IMG/VR virus record: IMGVR_UViG_3300045988_158846
Location: 1 to 49,604 of that record
DNA: 49,604 bases
Strand: one strand, 5' to 3'
Source of the DNA: a virus
Shown: positions 27,604 to 40,317 of the stretch, piece by piece
How the letters are laid out: the number at the start of each line of letters is the position of its first letter
Position numbering within the stretch: position 1 is the stretch's first letter
The notes under the pieces: model-generated
Databases searched by the model: none
The model's input: the letters and a program-made list of their open reading frames with translations, nothing else
What the model was told of the DNA's origin: nothing
Program-made: the position numbers and the translations under genes

Positions 27604-27636
27604 AAAAGGCGAGAGGCTTTGTTCCTCTCGCCTTTT
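27604..27636 (+). terminator. rho-independent terminator (aaaaggcgagagg...cctctcgcctttt)
   Basis: 12-bp GC stem followed by CTTT; between chaperone and tape measure genes. Confidence 0.55.
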
Positions 27637-27680
27637 CTTTATATATATAGAAATTTATAATGAGAGAAAGGAGCTATTTT

Positions 27681-30600
27681 ATGGCTAATAACAGTGCTAA
27701 TTATAATGTTAATATGCGATTTACAGCTGATACAGGTCAGGCTAAATAGCAATTACGAGATTTACAAAGTTCATTAGATACTTTAATGAATTAGATAGCA
27801 ACAAAAAATGTTAAATTTTTTGATGTTAATGCCACTAAAAAAGAAATAGATGAAGCCTCAGCGGCGGTTTAGGAATTAAAAATTGCTTTAGATTAGGCGA
27901 CTAATGTTAATACTGGGCGTTTAGATTTATCAAAATTTTCAAAGAGTTTAAGTTAGAGTGGCTATACTCTTTAGGATTTTGCTACGCATTTAGAGAACTT
28001 AGGTCCAACAGGTGATAAAGCATTTGTTGCATTAGCATAGTCTGTTATTAATGCTGAAGTTCCTTTAAAAAGAACTAATGCTTTATTAGATAATTTTAAA
28101 AAGACATTAGCTAATACAGCCAAATGGCAAATTTCATCTAACTTAATGCATGGAGTATAGGGTTCTTTATAGAAAGCTTACTATTATGCAGAAGATTTAA
28201 ATAGATCATTAAATGATATTCGTATAGTTACTGGATAGAGTAATGATTAGATGGCTGAGTTTGCTGAAAAAGCTAATAAGGCTGCTCAAGCATTAAGTAC
28301 AACTACTACTAATTATACTAATGCTTCTTTAATTTATTATCAATAGGGTTTAAGTGATAAAGAAGTTGCTGATCGTACTGAAGTTACTATTAAAATGGCT
28401 AACGCCGCAGGTGAAAGTGCTTCTAAAGTATCTGATTAGTTAACTGCTGTTTGGAATAACTTCTATGATGGTAGCAAATCTCTGGAGTATTATGCAGATG
28501 TAATGACTAAACTTGGTGCGTATACTGCTTCTAGTACTGATGAAATTTCAGAAGGTATATAGAAATTCGCATCTGTTGCTAATACTATTGGTCTTAGTTA
28601 TGAATATGCTACATCTGCATTAGCTACATTAACTGCTAAAACACGTGAAAGTGCGAATACAGTAGGTAATAGCCTTAAAACCTTATTTGCTCGTATTTAG
28701 GGTCTGACTCTTGGAGAGACTCTTGAAGATGGCACTGATTTAAATAAATATTCTAAAGCCCTTGAAAAAGTTGGCATTAGTATTAAAGACCAATAGGGTG
28801 AGTTAAAGGATATGAATACTATCCTTGATGAAATGATGAATAAGTGGGATAGTTTAAGTCGTGCTGAATAGGTAGCCTTAGCTCAGACTGTTGGTGGTGT
28901 TCGTCAGTATACTCAATTAGTTAATCTTATGGAAAATAAAGATTATTTTAAAGAGTTAGTTGGAGTAGCTAAGACTTCTGAAGGCACATTACAAGAGCAA
29001 GCTGATATTTATGCTGAAAGTTGGGAAGCTTCTAAAAAGCGTGTATAGGCTTCTCTGGAAGAAATTTATAAACAATTAGTTAACGATAAATTTTTTATTG
29101 GGTTAAATGATACATTAAGTGATACAATAAATCTTACAAGTAAATTAATTGATTCATTAGGTGGATTGCCTGGGATATTAAGTGTTGTTTCCGCTTTAAT
29201 GTTAAAGAGTTTTGGTCCTGATATTGTAAATAACATGTAGCGTATAGCTTCTAATTTATTTATTGATAGTGGAGCTGCTTAGAATCAGGCGGCTGTTATG
29301 AAAAAATAGATGTTAGAAGCTTTAAATGCTTTTAACCCTAAAGCTGACCCTCAAGATATGGGAGCTGTTGAATTTTAGACTAAAAGTTTAATTGATGCTA
29401 CTTAGCAATCTTATGATTTACAAATGGCTTCTAGTAAATTAAATGAAATAGATTTATAGAGATTAAAAACTTTAAAGTCTATTTCTGATTAGTATGCTTA
29501 GATTGCTATTAGAGCTAAAGAAGCGGCTGATGCTCAAACCACTCAAGTAATTGAAGCAAGACAAACTGGATTGGCTGCTATAAGATAGTTATCTAAGAAA
29601 AAAGGCGGCGGGGATAAGGGAGTCTTAGCAGCTGAAAAAGTCTTAGATAGTGGTTAGAAAGTTATATCTAATTTTAATGGATTAATGAATTTAGATGTAA
29701 CTAAAGGGACAAAAACCAAAGATTTAGTATAGCAAGTTCAAAGCCTAAAATTAGTAGGTGATGAATATAAAAAACTAAATGGTTTAGCTAATAAATATTC
29801 TCAAACTTAGAGTAAGACTGTAGCAACATCATTTAGAAATGAACTAAAGAATCTATAGAAAGAATATTGGTCTGGTGGAAAAGCTATAGAACAATTAACT
29901 AAGCAAACTGATGCATATATAGACAGTTAGGTAAAAGCTAAAAATATTAGCCAAAGTGCTGGAGATATAATTAAAACTATTATGAATGTTCTTAATGGTT
30001 AGGCTATAAAATAGGGAGAAGCGGCTAGGGCCACTAGAGAACATAGTAAAGCTATTGACGAATTTAATAATACATTAGCCCGTAGCCAAGGAGCTGTAGC
30101 TACTTTCTCTCAAGGTTTAGTTACATCAGCCCAAGGAGCTACATCTATATTAATAGCAATTAATAGCATCAAAAGTGCTTTAGAAACTTTAAATAACGAA
30201 GATTTAAGTTTTGGCGATAAATTTTTATCTATGATGACTTCAATAAGTATTGCTATTCCTGCTTTGATCAGTGGATTTAATTCTTTAGCTACAGGTATTC
30301 CATAGATGGCTAATAATTTTAAACTATTGGGCAATAATTTGGTATAGCTGGCTTTAGGAGTTAGTGAATTAAAAGGAGCTAATATTGATGAAGCTATTCA
30401 AGGGTTAGAGAGTAGTGGAATAAAAGCCAAAATTTTAGAAAGTATGAGGTAGGCCATTAAGAATACTACTACAGAGACAACTCACTTAGCTGGAGCTGAA
30501 TTAGCAGCCGCATAGTCTTCCGCAGCTATGTCCGCTGGGTTTAAAGCTTTATTGGGGAGTATTGCTCCTGTGGCAATAGGATTAGCTGCTGTGGGAGTGG

Positions 30601-33600
30601 CTATTGCTGGCCTTATTGCTTATCATAATTGGAAAGAAACTTTTAGTGTTGAAGCTTAGATTGAAAGGTCTAAACAATCTTTATCAGAATTTGAATCTAT
30701 TTTATCTGAGACTAAGACAAAAGCTGAATAGTTAAAATCTGTTTTTAATAATTATCAAGAAGTGACAGATGCTTTAGATAAATGTACTGTAGGGACGAAA
30801 GAATGGCGAGATTAGTTAGCTAAAGCTAATGAAGAGGCTCTTAATATTTTAGATACTTATCCTGAATTAAAAAATATAGAAGGAGCTTGGTCTAAAAATA
30901 GCAGTGGTCAAATTATTATCGATGAAAATGCTTTAAATCAAGTTCAAGACATTTATGATTAGCGGGTAGCTGCTGTAGATTATGCGATAGATTATTAGAA
31001 AGCAAAATTGCAATAGTTAAATGTTCAGCAATTGGGAGAAAATTTTGCTGAGAGTAATTTACTTGGAGTAATGCAAAATCATGGTACAGCTTTTCCTAGC
31101 TTGACTATAGATACTTTAGGTCGATTAATTGCCGAGAATATTGATTTATTTAAAGATGCTGATGTACAAGAATTTGCTAATGGCTTAGAAACGGTATTTG
31201 ATAAGGCTGGTATATTATTTAATAATCCAGAAGATTTAAATGGTTAGAAACAAGAATTTGAAATGTTAGCTTACTAGATTTTAAATGATAGTGAAATAAC
31301 TGACGGACTTGATTAGTTAGTTAGTGCTTTATTGGATAATACTGATGCTACAATACAAGCTTCTAAAGAAAGTAAAATTCAATAGGGGCTTGGGAAAGAA
31401 ACTATGGAATCTGGCGAAGTCACATTTACTTCTAATTTCATGGATGCTGCTATTGATGAAAAAGTTAGCAAAATTTTAAAAAATAATAAATTTAATTGGA
31501 CTTATACTGATCCTACTACTGGAAAAGAATACACTGAAGCCATTGGTTAGACAGGAATTAATAAAAATGATAATAATGTAGTATTAAATGATATATGGAA
31601 ACGTTATTCTTAGATTGCTGGTTTTGATTATGAATTAGATAAAAATTCAGTATAGGGAACTGGAGCCAATAGAGCATTTAGATATAGAGATGCTGATAAT
31701 GAAGTACAAACAGTATCTTTTGAAACTGTAGCAAAAGCTTTAGCTACAGTAGAAGTTTATGCTAATGCTTTAGAAGATAGTTATGAAAAAGCAACAAATT
31801 TTTAGGGATATTTAGATGGTACTGGGAATAATACTTATTTAAAAGATGAACAATTTAAAGGTGCATCTTCTGACACTGGCAAAAGTATTTTAGAATTCTT
31901 AGGAAATAAGGGAGACTTATCTGGTTTAAATAAAACTTAGTTAGAAAATTATAATAGAGCAATTCAAAATCTTGATGAAAATACTTTTAATAATTTAATG
32001 TCTAATGCTCTAGGATATGGTAATTATACTGAATTAGATGATGCATAGTTAAAATAGTTCACTAACCAATTAACTAATTTATATAGCGAAGTTGGCGTAA
32101 CAAGTTTTGATGCTTTTAAAAGAGCTTTTGGTAATGAAGTAAAAAGTGATAATGGTTAGTCTGAAAAAATTTTAGCAGATAATTTTTTTGCTCATTTATT
32201 AGAAGCAGCTAATACTTAGATTGCTGGTTTTGATTAGTTTGCTGTCAATATATAGTCTAAATTATCAAATTTAGTTAAAGATGTTTTTAAGACTGCTGGA
32301 TATGATGGTGTAAATGCTTTAGTTGAAGCTATTAATGCTAGCGGGTCTGATATTACATTAGATCAATTAGATTAGATTGAAAATATATTTAAAACATCTT
32401 CATCAATTGATGATTTTATTAAATAGTTAGAAAAGTTAGGAGTAGTAACTGATGAAAGTAAAGATGCTTGGGTTGAATATTATAATAAATTAATTGAAGC
32501 TGGAAATAATTTACCTATTACTTAGTTTGAGAATTTTAGACAAGTTTTATCAGACATTTTTTCTTTATTAAATGGTAAAATAGGTTCTGTTATTTCTCAA
32601 GAGGATATAGATAAATTAGAAAAATTTGGAATTGATTGGCAAAAATACTTTGTTTAGACTGGACCAGATAAATATACTTAGACTCAAGAATATTCTACTG
32701 ATGATAAAAATAAATTTTTACAGGGTTCTATTAAAACTATTGAAGAAAATGGGCAGATGGCTCAAGAAAAAGAAGAAGCTTGGAATAATTTTAAATATAC
32801 TGATAGCCAAGATAATGAATAGACTTTTGATAGCTCTATTGAAGCTATGAAAAATGGTTCATTGAAAGATTCTAGCGGAAGATTATTAGATGAAGCTATT
32901 CATATTTTTGGCGGAGTAGATAATTTAGCACAATTTACTTCATTAAATAAAGATAAATTTGATAAAGAAGCTTATTTAGCAATGAGTGAAAGTGAAAAGG
33001 CAGATTTATTATAGATTATATCTGATGCTTTTACTTAGAATAAAGATTATGTTAATCAAGTATAGTCTAGTAAATAGGAGTTTTATTCTAATGCTAATTC
33101 TGTAAAAGAATTAAGTTAGATGGATGGATTTAACATAGGAGATGAAGCAAGTTAGAAAGGATTGCGAGCTTGGGCAGCCAATAATCAAGACATTGAAGGG
33201 GTAGTTAAAGCTTTAAGTAAATTAAATTTAGAATTAGAAAAAGCTAAAGATGATCCAATTAAAGCTAAAAAAGCATATGAAGAATTCTTTAAATCATTAA
33301 GAGATGCAGAAGTTAAAGAAACTATTGATGAAATTAAAGATATTAAAAAAAATATTCAAGAATTAGAAAAAGATGGAAAAGATTCCACTTCTGAAATTAA
33401 CAAATTATATACTAAGGTTAAAGAGTTATTTAATTTAAGCGATTCTGATTTAGAAAAAAATAAAGGATTAGTTGATAAGTTTTTATTTGGTAATGCAGAA
33501 GAATCTCAAAACGCTGGAGAAGAATTAGAAAAAATTAAACAACAAGGAAAAGATATAGGAACTGCTTATGGAAATGCAATTGTTGGAGCGGCTCAAAGTG

Positions 33601-36600
33601 TTGCTAATACACATATAGATTTTTCTTAGATGTAGGCCGATGCAGTTTCTAAATTTAATCAGATAAAAACTATGCTTGAATAGGACAGTCAATTTCAATT
33701 AACTGGTCAAATGTCAATAGATACATCATAGGCTATTGGAGCTTTAGCACCTGTAGATGGTACTATTCAAGAAATGTGTGGATACGTCAATGCTCTTGGT
33801 CGAGTGGGTATTCATTTTAATACAGCACAATTAAAATAGCTATTTTCTACAATGGCTAAAATACAGCAACTTATGCAATAGGGACCTGGTGGGGCAATGC
33901 AAGCTGCTGCTTTAAGTAATCAATTGCAAAATAGAATTTCAGTATGGTCTTAGAATTCTGTAGTTCCTAAAAGTAATAGAGATTATACCACGACTGTAGA
34001 TGGAGATTCTACCGGAGGGGGAGGAGGAGGAGGTTCTGAATCTAAATCCGCCAATGATATTGGTAAAGAAATCCAAGATGAATTATTAAAGACCAAAGAA
34101 AAGAAACGTGAACGTCTTGAAGCTTTACGTGATGGAGCTAATCCAGAAGATTCTGCTAAATATATCCAAGAAGAAATAAAGTTATTAGAAGAAGAACAAG
34201 ATATTCTTGAAGATTAGATTAAATCTTGGAAAAAGTTATTAAAACTTAAAGTAGAAGAATTTAACAAAGAACATCCTGAGTTTGAAATTAAGCTTACTGA
34301 TGATGGTGAAATTGCTAATGCTTCTGAGCTATGGGGCAAAGTTTGGGCTTAGTATCAAAAAAATCTTGAAGATGGCATGAGTGAAGAAGATCTGAATGAA
34401 TGGTTTACTAAAATCAAAGATAGCCTTGATGGTCCTATGGGTATCCAATAGAACATTGATGAAAATGTCGCTCTTATTGCTCAGAAAGAAAAAGAAGCTG
34501 CTGAACTTGAACTTGAAGCTATTACAAAATAGATTGACTGGAAAGTTAAGTAGATTGATTTTTAGATTAAACGTCTTAACTATTATCAAGAAAAACTTCT
34601 TAAATAGGCTCATGGTAATAAACAAACTATTGAAGCAATGCTTGAAGGATTTGCTTACCAAGAGCAAGAAATGTTATAGCTCTTTGATAAAGGTGCCACA
34701 TTACGCTAGGGTATTGATTAGTTAAATGCTGCGAAAGCTAAATATCCAGGCTATGAGTAGATGTTTGATGAACAAATACTTGAATACCAAAGTGATCTAA
34801 TTGACGTCAATGAGGCTATTCTAGATTTACGTAATGATATTGAAGATCTGGTCTAGAACGTTTTAGATTTAGCCCTTGATGAAATTGATAAGTAGATAGA
34901 ACGTCTTGATACTTATACATCAATGCTTGATCATCTTAATAATATTATTGATTTATCTGGCCGTTCAATGCTTGATATGGGATTAAAAACTTAGATTGGT
35001 GCTACTAAAGTAGAAACAATGTTAGGTAAAATGAAATCCTTAAAAGGTCAAATGGATGGTTTGACTAAAGCTACTAAAGAAGCATAGGCGGCACTTGCTG
35101 ATCGTTAGGCTGATGGAGATACATCTTCTGTAAAATTCTGGGAAAATCAAGTTGAAGTATTAAAGCAAGAAACTGAAAAAGCTTCTGATGAATTTTTAGC
35201 TTCTTGGGAAGAAACTCTTGAAGCCGCTTAGGATTTATTTGAAATGCGTGTTGAAATGGCTGTTAATATATTAAGCAATGCTTTATCACCGTTTGAAACT
35301 CTTGAAGATTTCCAAGATAAATATGAAAAAGCAAAAACTATTAATGAGCAATACCTTGATGATGCTGACCGTTTATATGAGTTGAATAAATTAAATCGTT
35401 AGCTAAATTTATAGTTAGCTGATGCTAATGACCTTTTAGCTAAACAAAAACTTAGAGACATTTAGCAAGAAATTCACGATCTTCAGGCCGATGGCGTCCA
35501 GATGAGCCAATATGACCTTGAATACTTATAGAAAAAATATGATCTACAGCTTGCTGAGATCGCTCTTATGGAGCAGCAAAATTCAAAAACTTCAATGCGC
35601 TTAGTACGTGATGCCGCAGGTAACTGGACTTATGCTTATGATGCCGATGAAGAAAAAATTGAAGACGCTACATAGAAATATGAAGATGCTGTTCATGAAT
35701 TAGGATCACTTAGTAAAGATTATATTAATGATGTAAGTGAATAGTTAATTTAGAATCAAATTGATTTTAAGGAAGCATTGCAAGATCTTGATAAGAATTC
35801 TGCCGATTATTCAAATTAGTTATTATCATTACAAGAATATTATGTTGAAAGACAAAGATATTTACTTGATGAATTAAATAAAGGTGTAACAAATAGTGGG
35901 TTAACATTCCATGATACTCTTTATGGCCAAATGACTGATTTGTATGATTATAATGATGCTTATATGCAATTTGTTAATAATTCTAATACTACAATTAGTG
36001 AATTACAAACTAATTATAAGGATTGGCAAAAAGTGGTTGAAACAGCAATGGGAGTAGCTGGTACTTCTTGGGATAACTTTGGTACTGATATGGGTGGTAC
36101 CCTTGATAGTCTTGAAGAACATATCCAAAAATTATGTGATGAAATTGAAGAGCTTGTCAATGTATTAATGCAATACATTTCTCAATCTATTGGAATGGTT
36201 CTTGATTGGGAATAGAAATATTCTAAACGAACTGATTAGGAATTAGCTAAAAATGAACAATATATTGATGGTAATTTTGCTTCATCTGGTGGTGGAGCAG
36301 CTTATGATATTGGAGTTGACTATAGCGCTGCAATTATTTCTTTAAGTAAAAATGGCGGTACATATACTGATGAAAGTGGCCGTACTTGGACTACTAATGA
36401 TATCAATACTTTAAAAGATATTCGTAATTTAAAATTATCTGATATGGCGTAGGAAGGTTCATAGATTTTAAAGAATGGTTCTTCTACAGATTATTGGTCT
36501 GAAGCAGAAAAAAAGGATATTACAACTAATAAAAATGAACAATGGTTAGAAAAAGTCTTAGGTAATGGTGCTGCCTCTGGCGCTTATACAGGTGATTGGG

Positions 36601-36953
36601 CTAATGGTCAAGGATTTGGACCGGACAATGGCAGAATTATTAAAGTTCATCCTAAAGAATTAATTCTTAACCAAAAGGATACTTCTAATATACTTCGTGC
36701 AGTTGATATTGTCCGTAATATGAATGACTGGGTTGATAAGCAAGTTTAGTCAATGGTTAATTATGGATAGACTAAATTAGGTAATTTAATTGATAAAGCC
36801 ACTCCTCCTGTTTATGAAACTCAACCAATTAAGCAAGAAGTCACCATCCAAGCTGATTTCCCAGGAGTAACTGATCATTATGAAATTGAAGAAGCATTAT
36901 CTAATCTTAGTAATAATGCTGCTCAATATATAAGTGCTAATAAATCTAAATGA
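27681..36953 (+). CDS. tail tape measure protein, ~3090 aa, roughly 130 in-frame TAG codons, ends TGA
   Basis: single frame (all TAG-free ORF-track pieces 31032, 33162, 35931 share frame 0 with ATG 27681); no in-frame TAA/TGA where read; long alpha-helical/coiled-coil composition typical of TMPs; poly-Gly tract at 34010..34035; RBS AGAAAGGAG. Confidence 0.8.
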
Positions 36954-36978
36954 GGAGGATTAATTTCCTCCTCATTTT
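36948..36978 (+). terminator. rho-independent terminator (aaatgaggagg...cctcctcatttt) overlapping the TMP stop codon
   Basis: seen directly. Confidence 0.55.
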
Positions 36979-36998
36979 GAGGAGAGAAAGGAGTTAAT

Positions 36999-39900
36999 AT
37001 GGCTTATAATAGAAAAGAAGAATATTTAGCTGTTGTAAAATAGCCTAAATAGATTACTAATGAATTATTAGAGACTATTGATTATATCGCGCGAGCGCGT
37101 GATGCCGAGTTATCGTTTGATAAAACTATAATTGCTGAAATTGTAAGCCTTAATAATGCAGATACTGGTGAGTATTTTGTTGAATATCAAAAAGGTAAAT
37201 TTAGAGCTTATGCACCTATTGGAATTAATTATACTTATTCTAAAGGAACTAACGTTTATGTAAAAATTCCAGGCGGAGATTTTACATAGAAAAAAACAAT
37301 AGAAGGAAAAGTCTCAGCATCTTCTTACACAGAAGAAGAGTATGAAGATTTATCTCAATAGGTTATTGAAGTAAATGAAATTCATAGTGATGGTAATGAA
37401 TATGGTATTTTAGCATATGCGCCAGAAGGCAATACTTATTATGAAAAAGTAATTTATAGTAATGAAAAATTAGAGGACAATTCTATTTTTACCAGTTTGA
37501 TTAGTACCTATCCAAATATTATGATTTCCGCAAATTTTAGGACTTAGTTTTATGGCACTATGGTTGCTGGTAATTATGGTTTAAAGATAGAATTTGAAGA
37601 AAAAGATACTGGAGTTATTTTTACTCGCCGTTTAGATATTACTAATTTTTCAGGTAGTATTTATAACTATGAAGTATTTTCACCTTAGTATGCTATTTAT
37701 AATTTTCAAGGAATTAATTTACTTGGTGTAAGAAAAATTACATTTTTCCAAGAACGGTTTATTGATTATGATAAAGTATATAATAGCAAGAATGAATTAA
37801 TTCAAACTTATAATGAAGATCCAAATATTTTTTGTAAAAATATAAAACTTTGTTTTGTAGATTTACAAGATACAACAAAAGATTTGTATTATGTAGGTAT
37901 AAGTGCGCCTCAAGGCTTATCATTAATATATGATACAGACTCTATTGTTTTAAAAGGTGTATTTTATTATGCTAATAAAGATATATTAGATAAAAAAAAT
38001 TGTGTTTGTTATTGGTATAAACAAAATCCTGCTGTTTTATCTGGTGATGAAAAATATGATAAAATTGCAGGCCCAGGATGGGAATTAATTAATGATAAAA
38101 CAAAAGTTAATTTTAATGAACTAACTGTTTCTGGAAAAGATGTTTATCAATAGATGAGGTATAAATTAGTAGTAATTTATAATTCTTCAGTTACATTAAG
38201 TAAAGATGTAAGAGTTGTGAAATATTATAATGAACGTTTTACAATAATTCGTAATGATGTAAGTGATACAGAAGTTAAATTAGAAATAGTTGATGGACGT
38301 GAAAAAACTGAAACGGCAGATTGGTATGTTGATCTCATGGATGGTTCATACGTTGCTTTAGATAAAAATGTCAGTTCTATTGATGTATCTAAATATTTAG
38401 ATTATGGTACTGTAATGTTTTATACAGTTAGTTTGTTAGAAGACGGCAAATATGTACCTTGTGAATATAAGTTAACTAATTATTAGTCTGATATTCCAGT
38501 ACGAGTAATATTTAATGGTAATGATACTTTTTAGTATGATAAAAATAATAGTATTACTGTGGATCAGTCAGAATCAGAAATGATTATTACTCCTACTATT
38601 ACAGTTAATAAAGATAATGTAGGTATTAAAACGGTTACTTGGTATTCACCTGATGGAGGTTAGTTATTTGAATATGCTACTACTAAAATAACTAATTCAA
38701 TGATTTCTAGGCTATGGGTTAATCCTAAAGATAATTCAGTACATTTTAATATCCGACAAAAACGTATTGCTAATTATACTAATAATACATTAATTTTAAA
38801 AGTTATTACATTAACTGATAAAGAATATTATTTTAATAAAACTATTTATTTTAGTAAATAGGGTGAATATGATTTAAATGGTAGAGATTATACATTTATA
38901 ATTAAATAGTGTGATGAAAATGGGAATGAAGTTTCTAAACGACCATTAAATAAAATTGGAGATAATTATAGTCCTATTTATTTTAAAGCTGAATTGCGGC
39001 TTGATGGAGAAATTATTACTGTTGATACTAAATATAAAGATGAAGAAGGAAATGTATTAGGTAGTTATAATTTAAATTTAAAACGTACTGATATCCATGT
39101 TTCTAGTGAAAAATTAACGGATACTATATATAAAGTAAATAATTTTACTGAAGACAAGCAAGGACAGTATTTTATTAAGTTTAGTCTTACTGTTGGTATT
39201 AAAGGAAAGACTGAAGGAACTAAAGTATTAAATTATTGGTAGCCTATAATGGTTAGTGAGAATATTGATATTAATAATATAAAAGAAATAAATATTCCTG
39301 ATCGAATTACTTATGATAGTTCTGGCACAGCAAGTTATCATTCATTAAAAGCTATTTCATTTATATATTATTATAATAAACGAGATACTTAGCTTATTAA
39401 TTCTTAGACTTATTCTATGACTTCTAATTTATTTTTATATCCTTTAGAAGAAAATAAGAAAAAAACCAGAGAATACAAATTAGTTCCTACTTCTACTTTT
39501 GGAGGAGCTTATTTTGCTAAAGAAACTGACACTGTAAATACCTCTCCAATGGGTGCTATTTATATTGCTATTCCTGGTAACAGATGGGAAAGCAGTACTA
39601 AAAGATATTTAATTTATCCAATAGTAATGTTAATAGAACGAGATGGAAATGTTAGCAATGTAGAAGAAGAAGATGACGGTACTAATATTACAGTAATAGA
39701 TGAAGAAAACCCAGAATTTACTAAACCTATGAAACCTAGTTTTTCTCATTAGGGTGGTAAATATGATTAGATAGCCAGATCTTAGGAAAATGAATAGAAA
39801 AAATACTTGGGTGGAAAAACTTATATAGGAGATACTTGGGAAAAACGCCGTAAAATTCCTATCACTAATCCTGTAGAACCCACAAACCCTTCAATACGAA

Positions 39901-40211
39901 AAGTACGATCTTTAACAAATGAAATAGATACTAGCGGTTATGTATCTGGATTATATCAATATGACAATGATGATATTCCTACTAATATTTTACGAGCAGA
40001 TGGATTAGTTAAATTAGGAGGAGATAAATTAACTATTGATATTGATGGTAATTTAACTTTAAATGAAAAAACTCCAAGCAATATTTTAACTATAGCAAGA
40101 TTGTTAAATGAATTAACCTCTAATATAGAGTTTAGATAGGAATTAACTAATAATATAGTTCCTCCACCTGAGAAAACTATTAAAATACGTGATTGGTATA
40201 TTGAAGAATGA
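36999..40211 (+). CDS. large tail protein (~1070 aa; distal tail/baseplate candidate), many in-frame TAGs, ends TGA
   Basis: ORF-track pieces 37884, 38154, 38994, 39417 and 39807 all lie in frame 0 with ATG 36999 (RBS AGAAAGGAG). Confidence 0.6.
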
Positions 40212-40240
40212 TGGATTTTTATCCATCATTCTTTTTTTTT
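40205..40240 (+). terminator. rho-independent terminator (gaatgatggattttt atccatcattc plus T9)
   Basis: seen directly; overlaps stop codon of 36999..40211. Confidence 0.6.
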
Positions 40241-40317
40241 ATTTGGACCAAAATAGTATGTTTACAATATATAATTTTTAAAAATTAATAGAAATAAGAG
40301 TTAAAGGAGGTCAATAA

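Noticed and set aside
27039-27700. Expected -1 programmed frameshift (G/GT-type) between tail chaperone and tape measure gene
   Set aside because: Chaperone ends at TAA 27564, followed by a terminator hairpin and a 115-bp gap. No overlapping downstream frame or slippery heptamer was seen.
30110-34725. Minus-strand and off-frame ORFs inside the tape measure gene (30110..30334 -, 32626..32850 +, 34329..34667 -, 34396..34725 +)
   Set aside because: Embedded within the continuous TMP frame. Translations are low-complexity Lys/Leu/Ile-rich artefacts of AT-rich sequence.
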